Part shown: positions 13,492-27,343 of the stretch, one piece after another
How the letters are laid out: every line of letters begins with the position of its first letter
How positions within the stretch are numbered: position 1 is the first letter of the stretch
From: Octopus vulgaris
Lineage: Eukaryota
Direction: 5' to 3'
Assembly (NCBI GenBank): GCA_951406725.2
Contig: OX597834.1
Span: 10,106,001 to 10,170,000, forward strand
DNA length: 64,000 nt
Made by a program: the position numbers and the translations under genes
The notes under the pieces: generated by a model
Database searches by the model: none
The model's input: only the letters and a program-made list of their open reading frames with translations
What the model was told of the DNA's origin: nothing

Positions 13492-13649
13492 TATATATAT
13501 ATATATATAAAGTCAAGATCGTTGTTTAAGATACCGATCTTATCAGGTGGCCAGCACGGGAATAAAAAACCTCAAGAGGTAATAATTATTATTAAAATTA
13601 TAATTAAGGGTATCTAAGATATATCACCATGCTAGAAATAGCATGGTAA

Positions 13650-14025
13650 GCTGTGTGGTAAGTAGCTTGTTTACCAGCCACATGGTTCCGGGTTCAGTCC
13701 CACTGCGTGGCACCTTGGGCAAGTGTCTTCTACTATAGCCTCGGGCCGACCAAAGCCTTGTGAGTGGATTTGGTAGACGGAAACTGAAAGAAGCCCGTCG
13801 TATATATGTATATGTGTGTGTGTGTGTCTGTGTTTGTCCCCTCAACATCGCTTGACAACCGATGCTGGTGTGTTTACGTCACCGTAACTTAGCGGTTCGG
13901 CACAAGAGACCGATAGATTAAGTACTAGGCTCACAAAGAATAAGTCCTGGGGTCGATTTGTTCGACTAATGGCGGTGCTCCAGCATGGCCACAGTCAAAT
14001 AAATGAACCAAGTAAAAGAGTAAAA
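13650..14025 (+). mobile_element. SINE family A
   Basis: Match to the family consensus seen across copies. Confidence 0.9.
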
Positions 14026-14029
14026 GTGT

Positions 14030-14060
<31 letters not shown>

Positions 14061-14099
14061 CATATATTATGTAGAGAGAGAGAAACACTCAGTTATGTA

Positions 14100-14130
<31 letters not shown>

Positions 14131-14166
14131 TATGTAGAGAGGGAGAAACACTCAGTGATGTAGGTT

Positions 14167-14204
<38 letters not shown>

Positions 14205-14250
14205 ATGTAGAGAGAGAGAGAAACAGACAGTGATGTAGGTGTTATATATA

Positions 14251-14285
<35 letters not shown>

Positions 14286-15171
14286 TAATGCGTAATGCGA
14301 TTTATATTTTGTCTTATACTTATTTGTAATTGCCTAAGTAGCTGGGTCAATTAATGTTCAAATTCTTATCATGACTAGGATTCATGCTCCGAAATATAGA
14401 CTGGACCTCTTGGAACGAAATATATAACGATCACGCAACGGCCAGCGTACATCATAAAATAAGCTTCGGCGCACAAATCGTCATCGAATTACCGAACGTT
14501 CGGAGAATCGTCTGCTCATCGAACCAGACATGAGTAACTTTGAAATAACATTTTATTTACTATAAAATGAAAGCTAAAGTATTCCACGTACCGTCCCTTC
14601 TAACATATTATTATACGTTTAGAATTTCATATTCATGTAATGTAAAGTTGAAGCTAAATTGGGTGAGCATGTCAAACACGATTCGACAAATTCAAAGGCT
14701 GTTTGTTGTTTTTCTTCATTTTAAGGTATGTAAATTTACATTGCATTTAGCAGGGGCAAACATTTTCAACATTTGTAAAGTTTGTGATTCTTCATAAATG
14801 ATGGAACTGACAGCTTTCACAAAATTAGACTGCTACGTACGTATTTGTACACGTACATACGTAGACGAGTTGACTAATAAATGAATACATGCCCAAGTAT
14901 ATATGCATGTGTGTGTGTGTGTATGTGTGTGTTTGTGCATCTATATATATATGTATATACTGGTGTGTATGTATGTGAATATATATATATATATATATAT
15001 CGAATACATGTGTTGTAAAACTATTCTGCACATACAACAGCCATACCAACAATCTAACACCTCTCTCTCTATATATATATCTCTCTGTGTGTGTATGTAT
15101 GTATGTATGTATGTATATGTGTGTAAGTATATATGCATATATATATATATGTATATATGTATATAAATTTA

Positions 15172-15210
<39 letters not shown>

Positions 15211-15266
15211 TTATCTATATATTTTATATATGTATATATATATATATATGTGTGTGTGTCTGTGTG

Positions 15267-15351
<85 letters not shown>

Positions 15352-15372
15352 CTATATATATATATATGTGTG

Positions 15373-15487
<115 letters not shown>

Positions 15488-15488
15488 C

Positions 15489-15536
<48 letters not shown>

Positions 15537-15537
15537 A

Positions 15538-15592
<55 letters not shown>

Positions 15593-15789
15593 GTGTGTGT
15601 ATGACGGGTGCATTGTGAATGTGAAAACGTTGAACAGTAATGGACAATTAAATCATTTGCGAGATTTTTATAATGTTACTTCCAATGCCCGTTCGTAATA
15701 GTCGGTGTCTGTTTTTTTTTTGTGACACACAATTAGAAGCACTCACACATAAACGCAAATACAGCTGCAACCGTATATATATTTAATGG

Positions 15790-15842
<53 letters not shown>

Positions 15843-16489
15843 TGTGTGTGTGTAATATTTATTTATAGAGGTTTCGTCCTTTTATCTTTTGGTGGTTGTT
15901 TTTTTTTTATGTTCATAGTTGTGACATTAAAACGTATCCCAAATAAGCAGACACCGCAGCAAATTCGTTCTCATTGATAGTCTCGATTTAAGTACATAGT
16001 GAGCGTGATGTTGGTGATAGAGTCTTTAGCTTTGAGAGACATCTATCAGCTATGAAATAAGAGGTGGACGTAGAGTGTAGCAACAAGAGATGGAGGTGAA
16101 ACAGGCTAGAAGGTGACGGCAAAGAAGACAGAAACAACATTACGTGAATACTGAATTGAAGCTTTCTTAGGCTAAAATCCACTGTGTCACTACTAATACC
16201 AGGCGATATAGCGATATAGGTCTACTTATTGATATACTGAGCCGCTCAAATAAAATATTTACTTACGAACGGTTTATCGTTATAAAAGTAAAACTGCTGC
16301 AGACAATGGTTTTACAGATGATGGTGTCGAGAGTGCCGCAGTTGATGATGGTAATGATGATAATGATGAGCAGGAAAATGAGGGGGAAACTGAGATAATA
16401 ACATACATAACATTCTTCATGACAACTGTGATATGTACGATAGTAAAGCTGTATTCATGTTTGTATTAGTTAGTATATTCTTTTAATCT

Positions 16490-16691
16490 TTTACTCTTTT
16501 ACTTGATTCAGTCATTTCACGGTGGTCATTTTGGAGCACCGCCTTTAGTCGAGAAAATCGACGCCAGGACTTATTCTTGGAAAGCCTAGTACTTATTCTA
16601 TCGGCCTCTTTTGCCGAACCGCTAAGTTACGGGGAGGTAAACATACTACCATCGTTTGTCAAACAATGTAGGGGAACAAATACACACACAA

Positions 16692-16743
<52 letters not shown>

Positions 16744-17318
16744 TACAGGCTTCTTTCAGTTTCCATCTACCAAATCCACTCATAAGGCTTTGGTCGGCCC
16801 GAGGCTATACTAGAAGACACTTGCCCAAGGTGCCACGGAGTGGGAATGAACCCGGAACCATGTGGCTGGTAAGCAAGCTACTTACCACACAGCCACTCCT
16901 GCGTATATATATATAGTTTTTTTTAATTCTTTTATTTGTTTCAGTCATTTAACTGCAGCCATGACGCAGCACCGTCTTGAAGGGTTTTAGTCGAACGAAA
17001 CGACCCCAGAATTTACTTTTAAATCTCGTACTTATTCTATTGATCCCTTTTGCGGAACCACGAAGTTACGGGAATATCAATACACCAACACCGGTTGTCA
17101 AGCTGTAATGGTGGGGGAGAAGACAAACAGACACAAAGATACACACTTTGAAACATGTATATATATGACGGGCTTCTTTCAGTCTACGTCTACCAAATCC
17201 ACTCACATGGCTTTGGTCGGCCTGAGGCTATAGTAGAAGACATGTGCCATGCAGTAGGACTAAGCCCGGGATTATGTGGGTGGGAATCACGCTTCTTACT
17301 AGAGAGCCACGCCTGCGC
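16490..17318 (-). mobile_element. Two adjacent SINE family A copies (younger 16490-16902, diverged 16927-17318)
   Basis: Two head-to-tail matches. Confidence 0.85.
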
Positions 17319-17344
17319 ATAGATACACACACACATATACACGA

Positions 17345-17586
17345 GGAGGCACGTGGCCTAGTGGTTAGCGCAGCGGACTCGCGGTCAAGGGGTCGCGGGT
17401 TCGAATCTCAGACCGGGTGATGTGTGTATTTATGAGCGAAGCACCTAAGCTCCACTCGGCTCCGGCAGAAGGTAACGGCGAACTTCCGCTGACTCTTTCG
17501 CAACAACATTCTCTCACTCTTTCCTCCTGCATCTTGCAGCTCACCTGCGACGGACCGGCGTGCACTCCAGGTGGGGAACCTATACG
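17345..17586 (+). mobile_element. SINE family C relative
   Basis: tRNA-like head ggaggcacgtggcctagtggttag...gggttcgaatctc; body related to the 42913 copy. Confidence 0.8.
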
Positions 17587-17641
17587 TTTCGGCAGAAATT
17601 ACCGACAGAATAGGTATCGGGCTTACAAAGAATAAGTCCAA

Positions 17642-17785
17642 GGGTATATTTCTATTAATATTTAGCAGAAGTAACAGAGTGACTCAAGATCCGAGAGTTT
17701 CGTGCGTTGTGACGTATCACCACACGTAACTGTAGGATCTTGAGTTACTCTGTTATTTCTGCTGAATATTAATAGAAATATACTC
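17642..17785. repeat. Hairpin palindrome
   Basis: About 50-bp near-perfect outer arms with continued imperfect pairing to a gtga-cgta-tcac tip. Confidence 0.9.
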
Positions 17786-19578
17786 ATAGTTTGAGTTCTA
17801 TTTTTCCTGTTTGCATCAACATACTTCTGTGCGTGTGTGTGGGGGGGATATTTACATTCATTTAGATAACGGACACATGCTAATATGAAAGCAAGGGTAA
17901 AAAGAATGACTGACAGAAAGGATATTCGAGAGAATGTCAGAGAACAGGCTGGCTCAGGATGTTGCTACGTTGTGCGTCGTAAACATTAATCTATCGTTGG
18001 AACACTCAACGGTCTTTGTCGACATGCGATGCATCTACAGCAAACAAAACCGATCGATTGTATCCCTTTCAAGACTGCTGACTGCCAGCGGAAACTCCGT
18101 AGCATTTCTTAGATATACATAACAAATCTGGCTAAGTATATCTCGGGAATAAACTGAAAGCGTTGCGTGATTAAACGAAAGGAAATTGCTCTGATCTCAC
18201 GAAATGGAAACACGGACCGTTGTCAGTTCATTTAACTGATTGCTCTTTATGAGAATTTTTCCTATTAGGGATCACAGTTTATAAGTAACTTACGTGCAGT
18301 AATTTATTGGTAGAATTTTGCATTTAGAAATTTTTTAACTAAATACTTTGGGAATAACAATCTTAACGTGGAAATTAATATAAGAACACACGTAAAACAG
18401 TAATTGTGTTGAAGAGTATGCTGATTAATAATAAGAATTACAATAAAAAAAGAGAAGTAACGCTAAAATTTCCAATATTCTGCATAGTTAGTAAACTTCG
18501 TATTGTATAGAATCCTTTTACGTAAGGACATCGAAAGGTTGCTTAAACATTTAGAGACGGCACGTTCGGAGAAAGTAGAAGTAGTTAAGAATTGTATGTA
18601 TTCTTAGAGAATTATTTCAAACCAATTAACCTTCGATATTTGAAAGGATATTTTCTAGAGATATAATATTCCTTGTAAATTAAGAAAAGAATAGTGTTCT
18701 TTAACCATTCAATAACCATTCGATAACAATGGACAAGAATAACAAGAAAACTTTCTTATTTTTCTCTGTTTTTGGAAGAAAAGTTATAATGTGAATTACA
18801 TCGATCCATCTTCATGTCTTCCATACATATTTACTGGGCCTGAACCGATTGGAATGGATATTCCAATGGTGTTAGAAATAACAATGAAGATGAGGCAATT
18901 TTCTTACTTTCACAAGTTATAATTTACTGTATCAGCTTCATCAGTTTCAATGAAAAAGCTGATATATCTAAACATACGTGTTCTGCTGTTACGCTGCCCC
19001 GATTTCGATAATGATACTATAATATTAACAATACTCTCAGTGGCTTTCATGGCTTCTGATCTTAACTGATTGGAAGTTTTATCTTGTACATGTTTTGCTT
19101 TGGCGTAAAAAGATGGGCTACAGCAAATATTCTGCTCAGTACCACATATTTGCTTGTCTGTTTCTTGATCTTCACCAGTTGATCATTCCCTGAGTGGCTG
19201 ACGATGTGTACATCTCTGATCACGAGCAGGAGTAGTGAGAAGCATTATAGCCATGTGTTGAGAGGACTTTTTTGAGGTTTGAATAATTCATCCTTGGAAA
19301 CATGAATATTAATTTCATCTTGCTTAAACCAACCTCTTATTCAAAGACCTTTTGAGTGAGATTAGCTACTCGACATGAAGAAAATTCTAAAATTTTCTTG
19401 CAAGGTCATGCGCTGTTTATCTTGATATGAAATCACCATTTCTTGTACATATGGGCTGTGATGCATGTACCTGGTGTGCCCTTATTTGATGGGCTGTCAC
19501 GATGTGTATATTGGGTTTCTTATATTTGTACCCCCGCGTCAATTTGATGGCATGCGCTGAATAATAGTAATAATAATA

Positions 19579-19872
19579 AAGGTACTGAAACCTATTTGAA
19601 AATGATTCCAGGCTCACCATCCCTACAGGAAGTGCAAAAAATCGTATTAACTGGAACGGCTCATGTACTGAGAAGAGCACTATCGCTGTGAAAATAACAT
19701 CCATCCATGAATTCATTTATTTATTAATTTTTAAATACGTATTTTATTTGTGAATTTGTGCGTGTAAACTAGGAATGTATACAATGCCCTGCTTTGCCCG
19801 AGGTGTATGGAAAACACTCGGCGAGAAACGGAAAAACATTTGAAGAAAGAAGGAAAAAAAAAAAATAATAAT
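19579..19872 (+). mobile_element. Dong/R4-like (restriction-like endonuclease) LINE 3' end in a (TAA)n tract
   Basis: Translates GTETYLKMIPGSPSLQEVQKIVLTGTAHVLRRALSL*, matching the QK.VL.GTAH.LR C-terminal motif; TAA repeats on both sides. Confidence 0.7.
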
Positions 19873-20367
19873 GGTGATGATGATGTGAGTGTATATAAAT
19901 CTTATAACACCACTCGGCAACTTGTATTGGTTCTTTCCATCCTCTGTAACATAGCGTTTCGGGAAAATCGTCATTGGATGTGGCCTTTTGGTAAAGTGTT
20001 GGTACAACATCTGCTGCTGCAAAGGCTTCTCAGAAATGATAATAATTTGAAAGTAGCATATTTTCTTTCCACATTTTGGTTTCGTGGATAGCTGAAGATA
20101 GACAAACAGACAGTTTCTCAGCCATTGAGTAGATTAGAGTATTTAGTCAGTTGATATTCCGGTACTATATTCATGTGATCAAACATATTTGCAGGGAATG
20201 GTCGTATTTACTTATTCTCTCTTGTAGCGCTTTCTCCTTGTGTAGCTAGGACAGTTGTTTACATTAACCAAGTTCGCTGATTTTATTATATTCACATTTT
20301 CTAGTCAATAGATTGTTTCTGTTAAACTATTTTCTGAGATAAAACTTGTATTTCAATATTTATACGT

Positions 20368-21030
20368 GTTATTAAAGCGGTGGCGAGCTGGCAGAAACGT
20401 TAGCACGCCGGGCGAAATGCTTAGCGGTATTTCGTCTGCCGTTACGTTGTGAGTTCAAATTCCGCCGAGGTCGACTTTGCCTTTCATCCTTTCGGGGTCG
20501 ATAAATTAAGTACCAGTTACGCACTGGGGTCGATGTAATCGACTTAATACTTATGTCTGTCCTTGTTTGTCCCCTCTATGTTTAGCCCTTTGTGGGCAGT
20601 AAAGAAATAGTTATTAAAGCGGTGAGCTGGCATAATCCTTATTATGTCGGGTAAAATCCTTTACGGAGTTGAAATTCCGCCGAGGCCGATTTTGCATTTC
20701 ATCCTTTCGAAGTGGGTAAATTAAGTACCAGTTGAAAACTGGGATCGGTGTAATCGACCTCATTGAATCCTACTGGCCTTGTGCTAACATTTGAAACTAA
20801 TATCTAGATGTGTTACTAAAGCGGCGAACTAGCAGAAACTTTAGCACGCCGGAGAAAAATGTTTCGCAGTTTTTCGTCCCTCTTTACGGTCTGAGTTCAA
20901 ATTTCGCCGAGATCGACTTTGATTTATATCTTTCTAAGGTCGATAAAATAAGTACCATTTGAACACCTGGGTCGATATAATCGACTTACCTTTCCCCTAA
21001 CATTGGTGGCATTGTGCCAAAATTTAAACC
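20368..21030 (+). mobile_element. Young SINE B inserted at the head of an older SINE B, followed by a third old copy
   Basis: Direct repeat gttattaaagcggtg at 20368-82 and 20610-24. Confidence 0.85.
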
Positions 21031-21039
21031 AATCTCTTC

Positions 21040-21214
21040 TACTCTTATTTGTTTCAATCATTTGACTGCGGCCATGCTGGAGCACCGCCTTTAGTCGAGC
21101 AAATTGACACCAGGATTTATTCTTTGTAAGCCTAATACTTTTGCCGAACCGCTAAGTTGCGGGAATGTAAACACACCAGCATCGGTTGTCATGCGATGTT
21201 AGGGGAACAAACAA

Positions 21215-21269
<55 letters not shown>

Positions 21270-21428
21270 ACGGACTTCTTTCAGTTTCCGTCTACCAAAT
21301 CCACTCACGAGGTTCGTCGGCCTGAGGCAATAGTAGAAGACACTTGCCCATGGTGCCGCACAGTACGACTGAACCCGGAGCCATGTGGTTGGTAAGCAAG
21401 CTACTTACCACACAGCTACTCCTGCCCC
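21040..21428 (-). mobile_element. SINE family A
   Basis: Family match with small deletions. Confidence 0.85.
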
Positions 21429-21646
21429 TATAATATGTTTTTTTTTTCTTACTACGTTCGTTACGTGTAAAGTAAACCATATGGTTTTGTATAGCTTCTT
21501 TATTTAGTCTAACGTTTCCGTAGGGCGCCTATTAACTTACTCAAAATTTTGGAGGCTAATCGTTTCACATATGTATATAGTCATATATTACATGAATTAC
21601 AAAATTTGGTTTGCCGGAAATTACGATAGACATATGGTTAAATTGC

Positions 21647-22058
21647 AGATCTTTTTGATTTGAACGGCAGTTTTTAACATAATTTCTAGGTAACTAAAAA
21701 AATTAAAACTACGTATACTGGTAGAATGTGTTTATAAAACATCTTTTTCTCTTGGCATTATTGAGAAAATTCTATAGTTTGTAAGTTATTTGTTTTTTCT
21801 GCAATTTAAACCAATCAATGACAGCTATTGAGGTGAAAACATTCTGTGCCGTATGAATATGTCCCTCGTTTAAGAAATAGATTGGGTTTATTTACATTTG
21901 TGAAGAAAAAAAGATACCCTTCCCCCCACACCTAACCCTAACTAACCCTAACCTTAAAATAGATTAAAATGCAAGAGATCGATACTAGGGTCATAATTAT
22001 GGGTGACAATTTCATATGACACCGCTAGAAAAAACTGGCGTTCAAACCGAAAAGATCC
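21647..22058. mobile_element. MITE with ~29-bp TIRs and 8-bp TSD (Merlin-like)
   Basis: TIRs (A/G)GATCTTTTyGrTTTGAACGsCAGTTTTT; TSD taaattgc at 21639-46 and 22059-66; GG terminus plus 8-bp TSD fits Merlin; internal CCTAAC-type repeats. Confidence 0.8.
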
Positions 22059-23132
22059 TAAATTGCTCTTAAATGGTATTGAACACGAATATACACTTTG
22101 TTACGAAGCGTTTTCTTTAAATATTCAACCATTGAATAATTATCAACAACGCAAACAATGGTTATAAAAACTAACTCCGAAATAAAAACCTGTTTTTTTT
22201 TTTATATGGCAATAGAAATATGAGATCCACACGTCAGTAAAATTATAGCTACCAATGATAAATTTTTCTTAATATAAATATTCATGTAAGGATTATTGTA
22301 CCCGTACATTTTGTCAAATATTGGTAATAACGTTTTGTACGCGTTTTTTTTTTTATTATTATTATCATTATTATTCTAGAAGCATCTCAGGTGTTCTTGG
22401 AAAACAAAATCACTACTTCTTACACTTATTGAGAAGAATTAAAGATAAATAATACGCTGCATGTATATTTTTTTGTTTTTTAAAATGGTGGCTGATTTGC
22501 TATATTTTCTTAGTGATTTTTTAAAAAATTTTTCTTTCGGTATTTATTAACAGTCTTCATTTCAGGAAACATCAGATAAACATTTCTTAATATTTGTTTG
22601 GTTTCTCTCCCCCCTCCCCCCCCTCCGCGCTTCTCCATCTCCCCCTCTCTCTTTCTCTCTCGTTTCTTTCATTCTTTCTCTATTCTCCTTTCATTTTGCC
22701 TTCTCCCATGATATACATGCGTGTGTGTGTATACATATGCATGTATATATATACATATATATTTACGTGTGTATATGCATATGTATATATACGTATGTGT
22801 ATGCATACATATATATATACGTATGTGTATGCATACAGATATATGTGTGTATATATATATGTGTGTGTGTGAGTATATATATATATATGTGTGTATATAT
22901 ATATGTGTGAGTATATATATATATGTGTATATATATGTGTGTGAGTATATATATATATATATATGTGTGTATATATATATATATGCGTGAGTATATATAT
23001 ATATGTGTATATATATATGTGTGAGTATATATATATATATGTGTATATATATGTGTGAGTATATATATATGTATATATGTGTGAATATATATTTATATAT
23101 ATGTGTGAATATATATTTATATATATGTGTGA

Positions 23133-23171
<39 letters not shown>

Positions 23172-23690
23172 AGAGAGATACGTGTGTGCAATTTCTCCGT
23201 TAAGTGTCTTTTCATTACTTCAATATGTTCATATGTAGGTTTTCCTTCTGAACAAGTCAAAGAATGTAAAGAAGGAAGTGCCAGGTTGAGTAGAAAATGG
23301 AAAAAAATTCTACCTGACGTTAATATAAATCCACAAGATTCTTTTATGTTCCGTCTTTTATTATAACCACTATTATTTCTTATTCGTGAATTTATTTCTC
23401 GTTTCAGAATAAATGCATTTTTCTTATATTTTAATCTCGTATATGTATATGGCCAGTTTATTTCATAATAAATGTTGAATCGAGGTGATAAAGTTAATGC
23501 TTCTAGCAGAACTCATTTATAATCGATTCTTGCCAAATGTTTTATTTATGTAACGGCAATCTGTTCTCTTGAAATTTGAAATATTTGGATTTAAGTAATG
23601 TTAAGTAACGCTTATAAAGTCGGTGAGTTTAAATCCAGATTGCACTGGATAAGAATTACAATTGGTTCTTTGTTGTGCACAGCTAAATAT

Positions 23691-24110
23691 ATCTACGGAG
23701 AGCTTGCTAGGGGTACTAGGTCTGTGGGTAGACCGTTCTTACGTTACAAGGATGTTTGCAAAAGGGACATGAAGGCCTGCAACATCAATATTAGCGGTTG
23801 GGAGGCAGATGCCGGCAACCGTAGAGACTGGCGACGTACCGTAAAAGAGGGAATACAAAGGAGTGACAGAGAGAGAGAGAGAGAAATGGAAAGACAAGAA
23901 AAGATGTCAACAAGAAACTATGGCATTACAACCAGCCAGGAACAGTCTTCGCTACATTTGCGGTACCTGCCAGAGGGAGTGTTTGTCCAGGATAGGACTA
24001 CACAGCCACAGCAGGAAATGTATCAGGACATGAAATGTAAAAGCTGGACTAGACTACTTTATGCGCACCTCCATTGTCTCCCGAGACAAAAAGGATGCCA
24101 ACCAACCAAT
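23691..24110 (+). mobile_element. 5'-truncated RTE LINE 3' end (C-terminal Cys/His finger)
   Basis: YGELARGTRSVGRPFLRYKDVCKRDMK; after a frameshift CGTCQRECLSRIGLHSHSRKC; (CCAA)n tail. Confidence 0.85.
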
Positions 24111-24499
24111 CGTTAACTGGTATAGTTTAGGTTATAATGTGGATCCTCGTCCACTTGTATGTTATTGTCGGCACTAATATTCTTGTCACCACTATTATGC
24201 TGTGGTGGTATTCCGCGTCTTATCATCTTTGTCTTTCGAAATGAGGTACAAGTGAGAAAGAAGTGTTAAATTGTTGGACGCATAGTCTACAAGAACGCTT
24301 ACGACAACGTTCCACATTACTGATTCTTGAAGTACTGGCGGTTTCTCGAGGCCAATAAGAGGATAAACAGCATTTTGGAAGAAGAAGAAGAAGAAATGAG
24401 ATGTAGGAAATAGAACTAACATGACCAAGTGTATCGCTTGGAGGCGTGATATATGCACGCGAATAATTTCGTGAGACTTCCTTTCTCTTTCCCTCTCTC

Positions 24500-24537
<38 letters not shown>

Positions 24538-24538
<1 letters not shown>

Positions 24539-24949
24539 GGCGCAGGAGTGGCTGTGTGGTAAGTAGCTTGCTAACCAACCACATGGTTCCCGGTTCAGTC
24601 CACTGCGTGGCATCTTGGGCAAGTGTCTTCTGCTATAGCCCCGGGCCGACCAATGCCTTGTGAGTGGATTTGGTAGACGGAAACTGAAAGAAGCCTGTCG
24701 TATATATGTATATATATATATGTGTGTGTGTGTGTGTATATATATATGTATGTGTGTCTGTGTTTGTCCCCCTAGCATTGCTTGACAAACGATGCTGGTG
24801 TGTTTACGTCCCCGTCACTTAGCGGTTCGGCAAAAGAGACCGATATAATAAGTACTGGGCTTACAAAGAATAAGTCCCGGGGTCGATTTGCTCGGCTAAA
24901 GGCGGTGCTCCAGCATGGCCACCGTCAAATGACTGAAACATGTAAAAGA

Positions 24950-24950
<1 letters not shown>
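24538..24950 (+). mobile_element. SINE family A, full length
   Basis: ggcgcaggagtggctgtgtgg...gactgaaacatgtaaaagag. Confidence 0.9.
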
Positions 24951-24992
<42 letters not shown>

Positions 24993-25003
24993 CATATACG
25001 TAT

Positions 25004-25130
25004 AGCCGAAATTACTACGATGATCCGGTTCTTGACTGAAGACTGAGGGTTTCGAATGTCCTGTCCGTGTTTATTGTATCGTCTTCTAAGAGTTATACGT
25101 TCTTGTTCATGTTGTATTTTTCTACATACC

Positions 25131-25175
<45 letters not shown>

Positions 25176-25288
25176 GTATGTATGCATATACGTATGTATG
25201 TATGTATATATATATATATACGTATGTATGCATATACGTATGTATGTATGTATATATATATATATACGTATGTATGCATATACGTATG

Positions 25289-25320
<32 letters not shown>

Positions 25321-25510
25321 CGTATGTATGCATATACGTATGTATGTATATATATATACGTATGTATGTATGTATATACGTATGTATGTATAAAAATACA
25401 AACTGGGACAAGAACGCAAAACATTTAAGAGACGATACAAAAAACACCGACGGGACATTCAAAGCCTTCAATCTACAGTCAAAAACCGGATCATCCTCGC
25501 AATTTCGGCT
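25004..25510. repeat. Diverged inverted repeats flanking a TA/TACG/TATG microsatellite
   Basis: 25004-25120 versus 25393-25510. Confidence 0.85.
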
Positions 25511-25966
25511 GATTAATCTTGAGATTGCTCCAATCTGGCCAGCTCCAAGGAAAAACTAAGCTAAGCTATTAGATTCCTTGGAAACTCTACGTCTTTGCTT
25601 CTATTCTTCTGGCAAGTTTACTGAGAAAATCCAAAGTTATCCATGAATTTACAAAGCAAAGACGAAGGTAAACCATCAGCTTTATATGTTTAAAAATACC
25701 TAGCGCTGTTAATAATATTCAATGATAACGAAAATGTCCAAGTTTAATGAATAAAGTTGAATTTATCGAAAATGTTCAAGCTTACAGATAAACTCTCTGA
25801 GAATGATCACAAATCCTTGAATAGCCATTTCGTAGAACGGCCTATCGTGGAGAATGTTGCCTTTGAGTAACATTATCTGTAATATTAGCCACGGGTCGAC
25901 CACAAATGTATGTCCCAATCTTAGAGATACCAGTTTTAGATGTCATGGAAATCTATACATTTGCGT

Positions 25967-26190
25967 CAGCTGGCAGAAACGTTAGCACGCCGGGCGAAAT
26001 GCGTAGCCGTATTTCGTCTGCTGCTACGCTCTAAGTTCAAATTCCCTCGAGGTCGACTTTGCCTTTCATCCTTTCGGGGTCGATAAATTAAGTACCAGTT
26101 GCTCACTGGGGTCGTTGTAATCGACTTCATCTCTTTGTCTGTCTTGTTTGTCTCCTCTATGTTTAGCTCCTTGTGGGCAGTAAAGAAATA
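25967..26190 (+). mobile_element. SINE family B
   Basis: TSD tatacatttgcgt (25954-66, 26191-203). Confidence 0.9.
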
Positions 26191-26502
26191 TATACATTTG
26201 CGTGAACAGCAAATTTAAACTGCTACATGAAAATGCGCCCGGGTGCTCCAATAAACTTTCAACTAACTTTTAAGATAACAACAGGTAATATGTAATCCGT
26301 AGACATATTAAGTCAATGCTATGTCAGACAGGATTTGCGTCACAGCAGTTGTGTCCATAACATACGCATGTTCATTATGTCACAATGATTTTAGTTCAAC
26401 AGCTTTCTCGGTGTAATTCCTTAGCTTTTCAAATCGCGTCTGCACAACATTATTTATACCTTATAATAATACATTTCACTGCGTTTTGTTACATTTGAAT
26501 TG

Positions 26503-27343
26503 CTCTTTTACTCTTTTTACTCTCTTTTGCTTGTTTCAGTCATTTGACTGTGGCCATGCTGGAGCACCGCCTTTAGTCGAGCAAATCGACCCCCAGGACT
26601 TATTCTTTGTAAGCGTAGTACTTATTCTATCAGTCTCTTTTGCCGAACCGCTAAGTTACGGGGACGTAAACACACCAGCATCGGTCGTCAAACGATGTTG
26701 GGGGACAAGCACAGACACACAAACATATAGACACACACACATACATACACATCCTGCACAAGTATACAGTGTGTCGCACGTTAGCAATCATCGCTGAGCA
26801 ACATGAGATGAAGCGTTTTGTTCAAGAACACCACACATCGCCCGGTGAAGAAATCGAAACCACGACTGCGCAATTAAGAGTCCATCGTCCTAACCACTAC
26901 TGAACAAAACACCCTATCTCACGTTGCTCTCCCTCTCTCTCTCTTTTACTCTTTTACTTGTTTCAGTCATTGGACAATGATCATGCTGGAGCACTGCCTT
27001 TACTCAAGCAAATCTACCCCAGGACTTATTCTTTGTAAGCCTAGTACTTATTCTATCGGACTCTTTTGTTGAACCGCTAGTTGACTGGGGCGTAAACACA
27101 CCAGCATTGGTTGTCAAGCGATATTGGGGGGACAAACTCAGATACACAAACATATACACTCACACCCACACATATATATATACATATATACGACCGGCTT
27201 CTTTCAGTTTCCCTCTACCAAATCCACTCACAAGGCTTTGGTCGGCCCGTGGCTATAGTAGAAGACACTTGCCCAAAATACTACGCAGAGGGACTGAACC
27301 CGGAACCATGTGGTTAGTAAACAAGCTACTTACCACACAGCCA
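26503..27343 (-). mobile_element. SINE cluster: family A 3' half (26503-26750), an unrelated tRNA-head fragment (about 26790-26900) and family A (26941-27343)
   Basis: Family matches. Confidence 0.8.

Noticed and set aside
14067-14245. Three ~38-bp direct repeats with variable spacers (CRISPR-like layout)
   Set aside because: Spacers are plain (TA)n, there are no cas genes and the context is eukaryotic; it is a minisatellite.
14368-14406. atgacta-GGA-ttcatgc-TCC-GAAA hammerhead-like trace
   Set aside because: Two core mismatches, no valid cleavage triplet and no helix I.
17345-17417. Possible tRNA-Arg gene (also 29714 and 43229)
   Set aside because: No closing acceptor stem or terminator; continues into a SINE body, and related copies have TSDs.
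21930-21956. Telomere or chromosome-fusion relic
   Set aside because: Only a few imperfect units, and internal to a TIR/TSD-bounded MITE.
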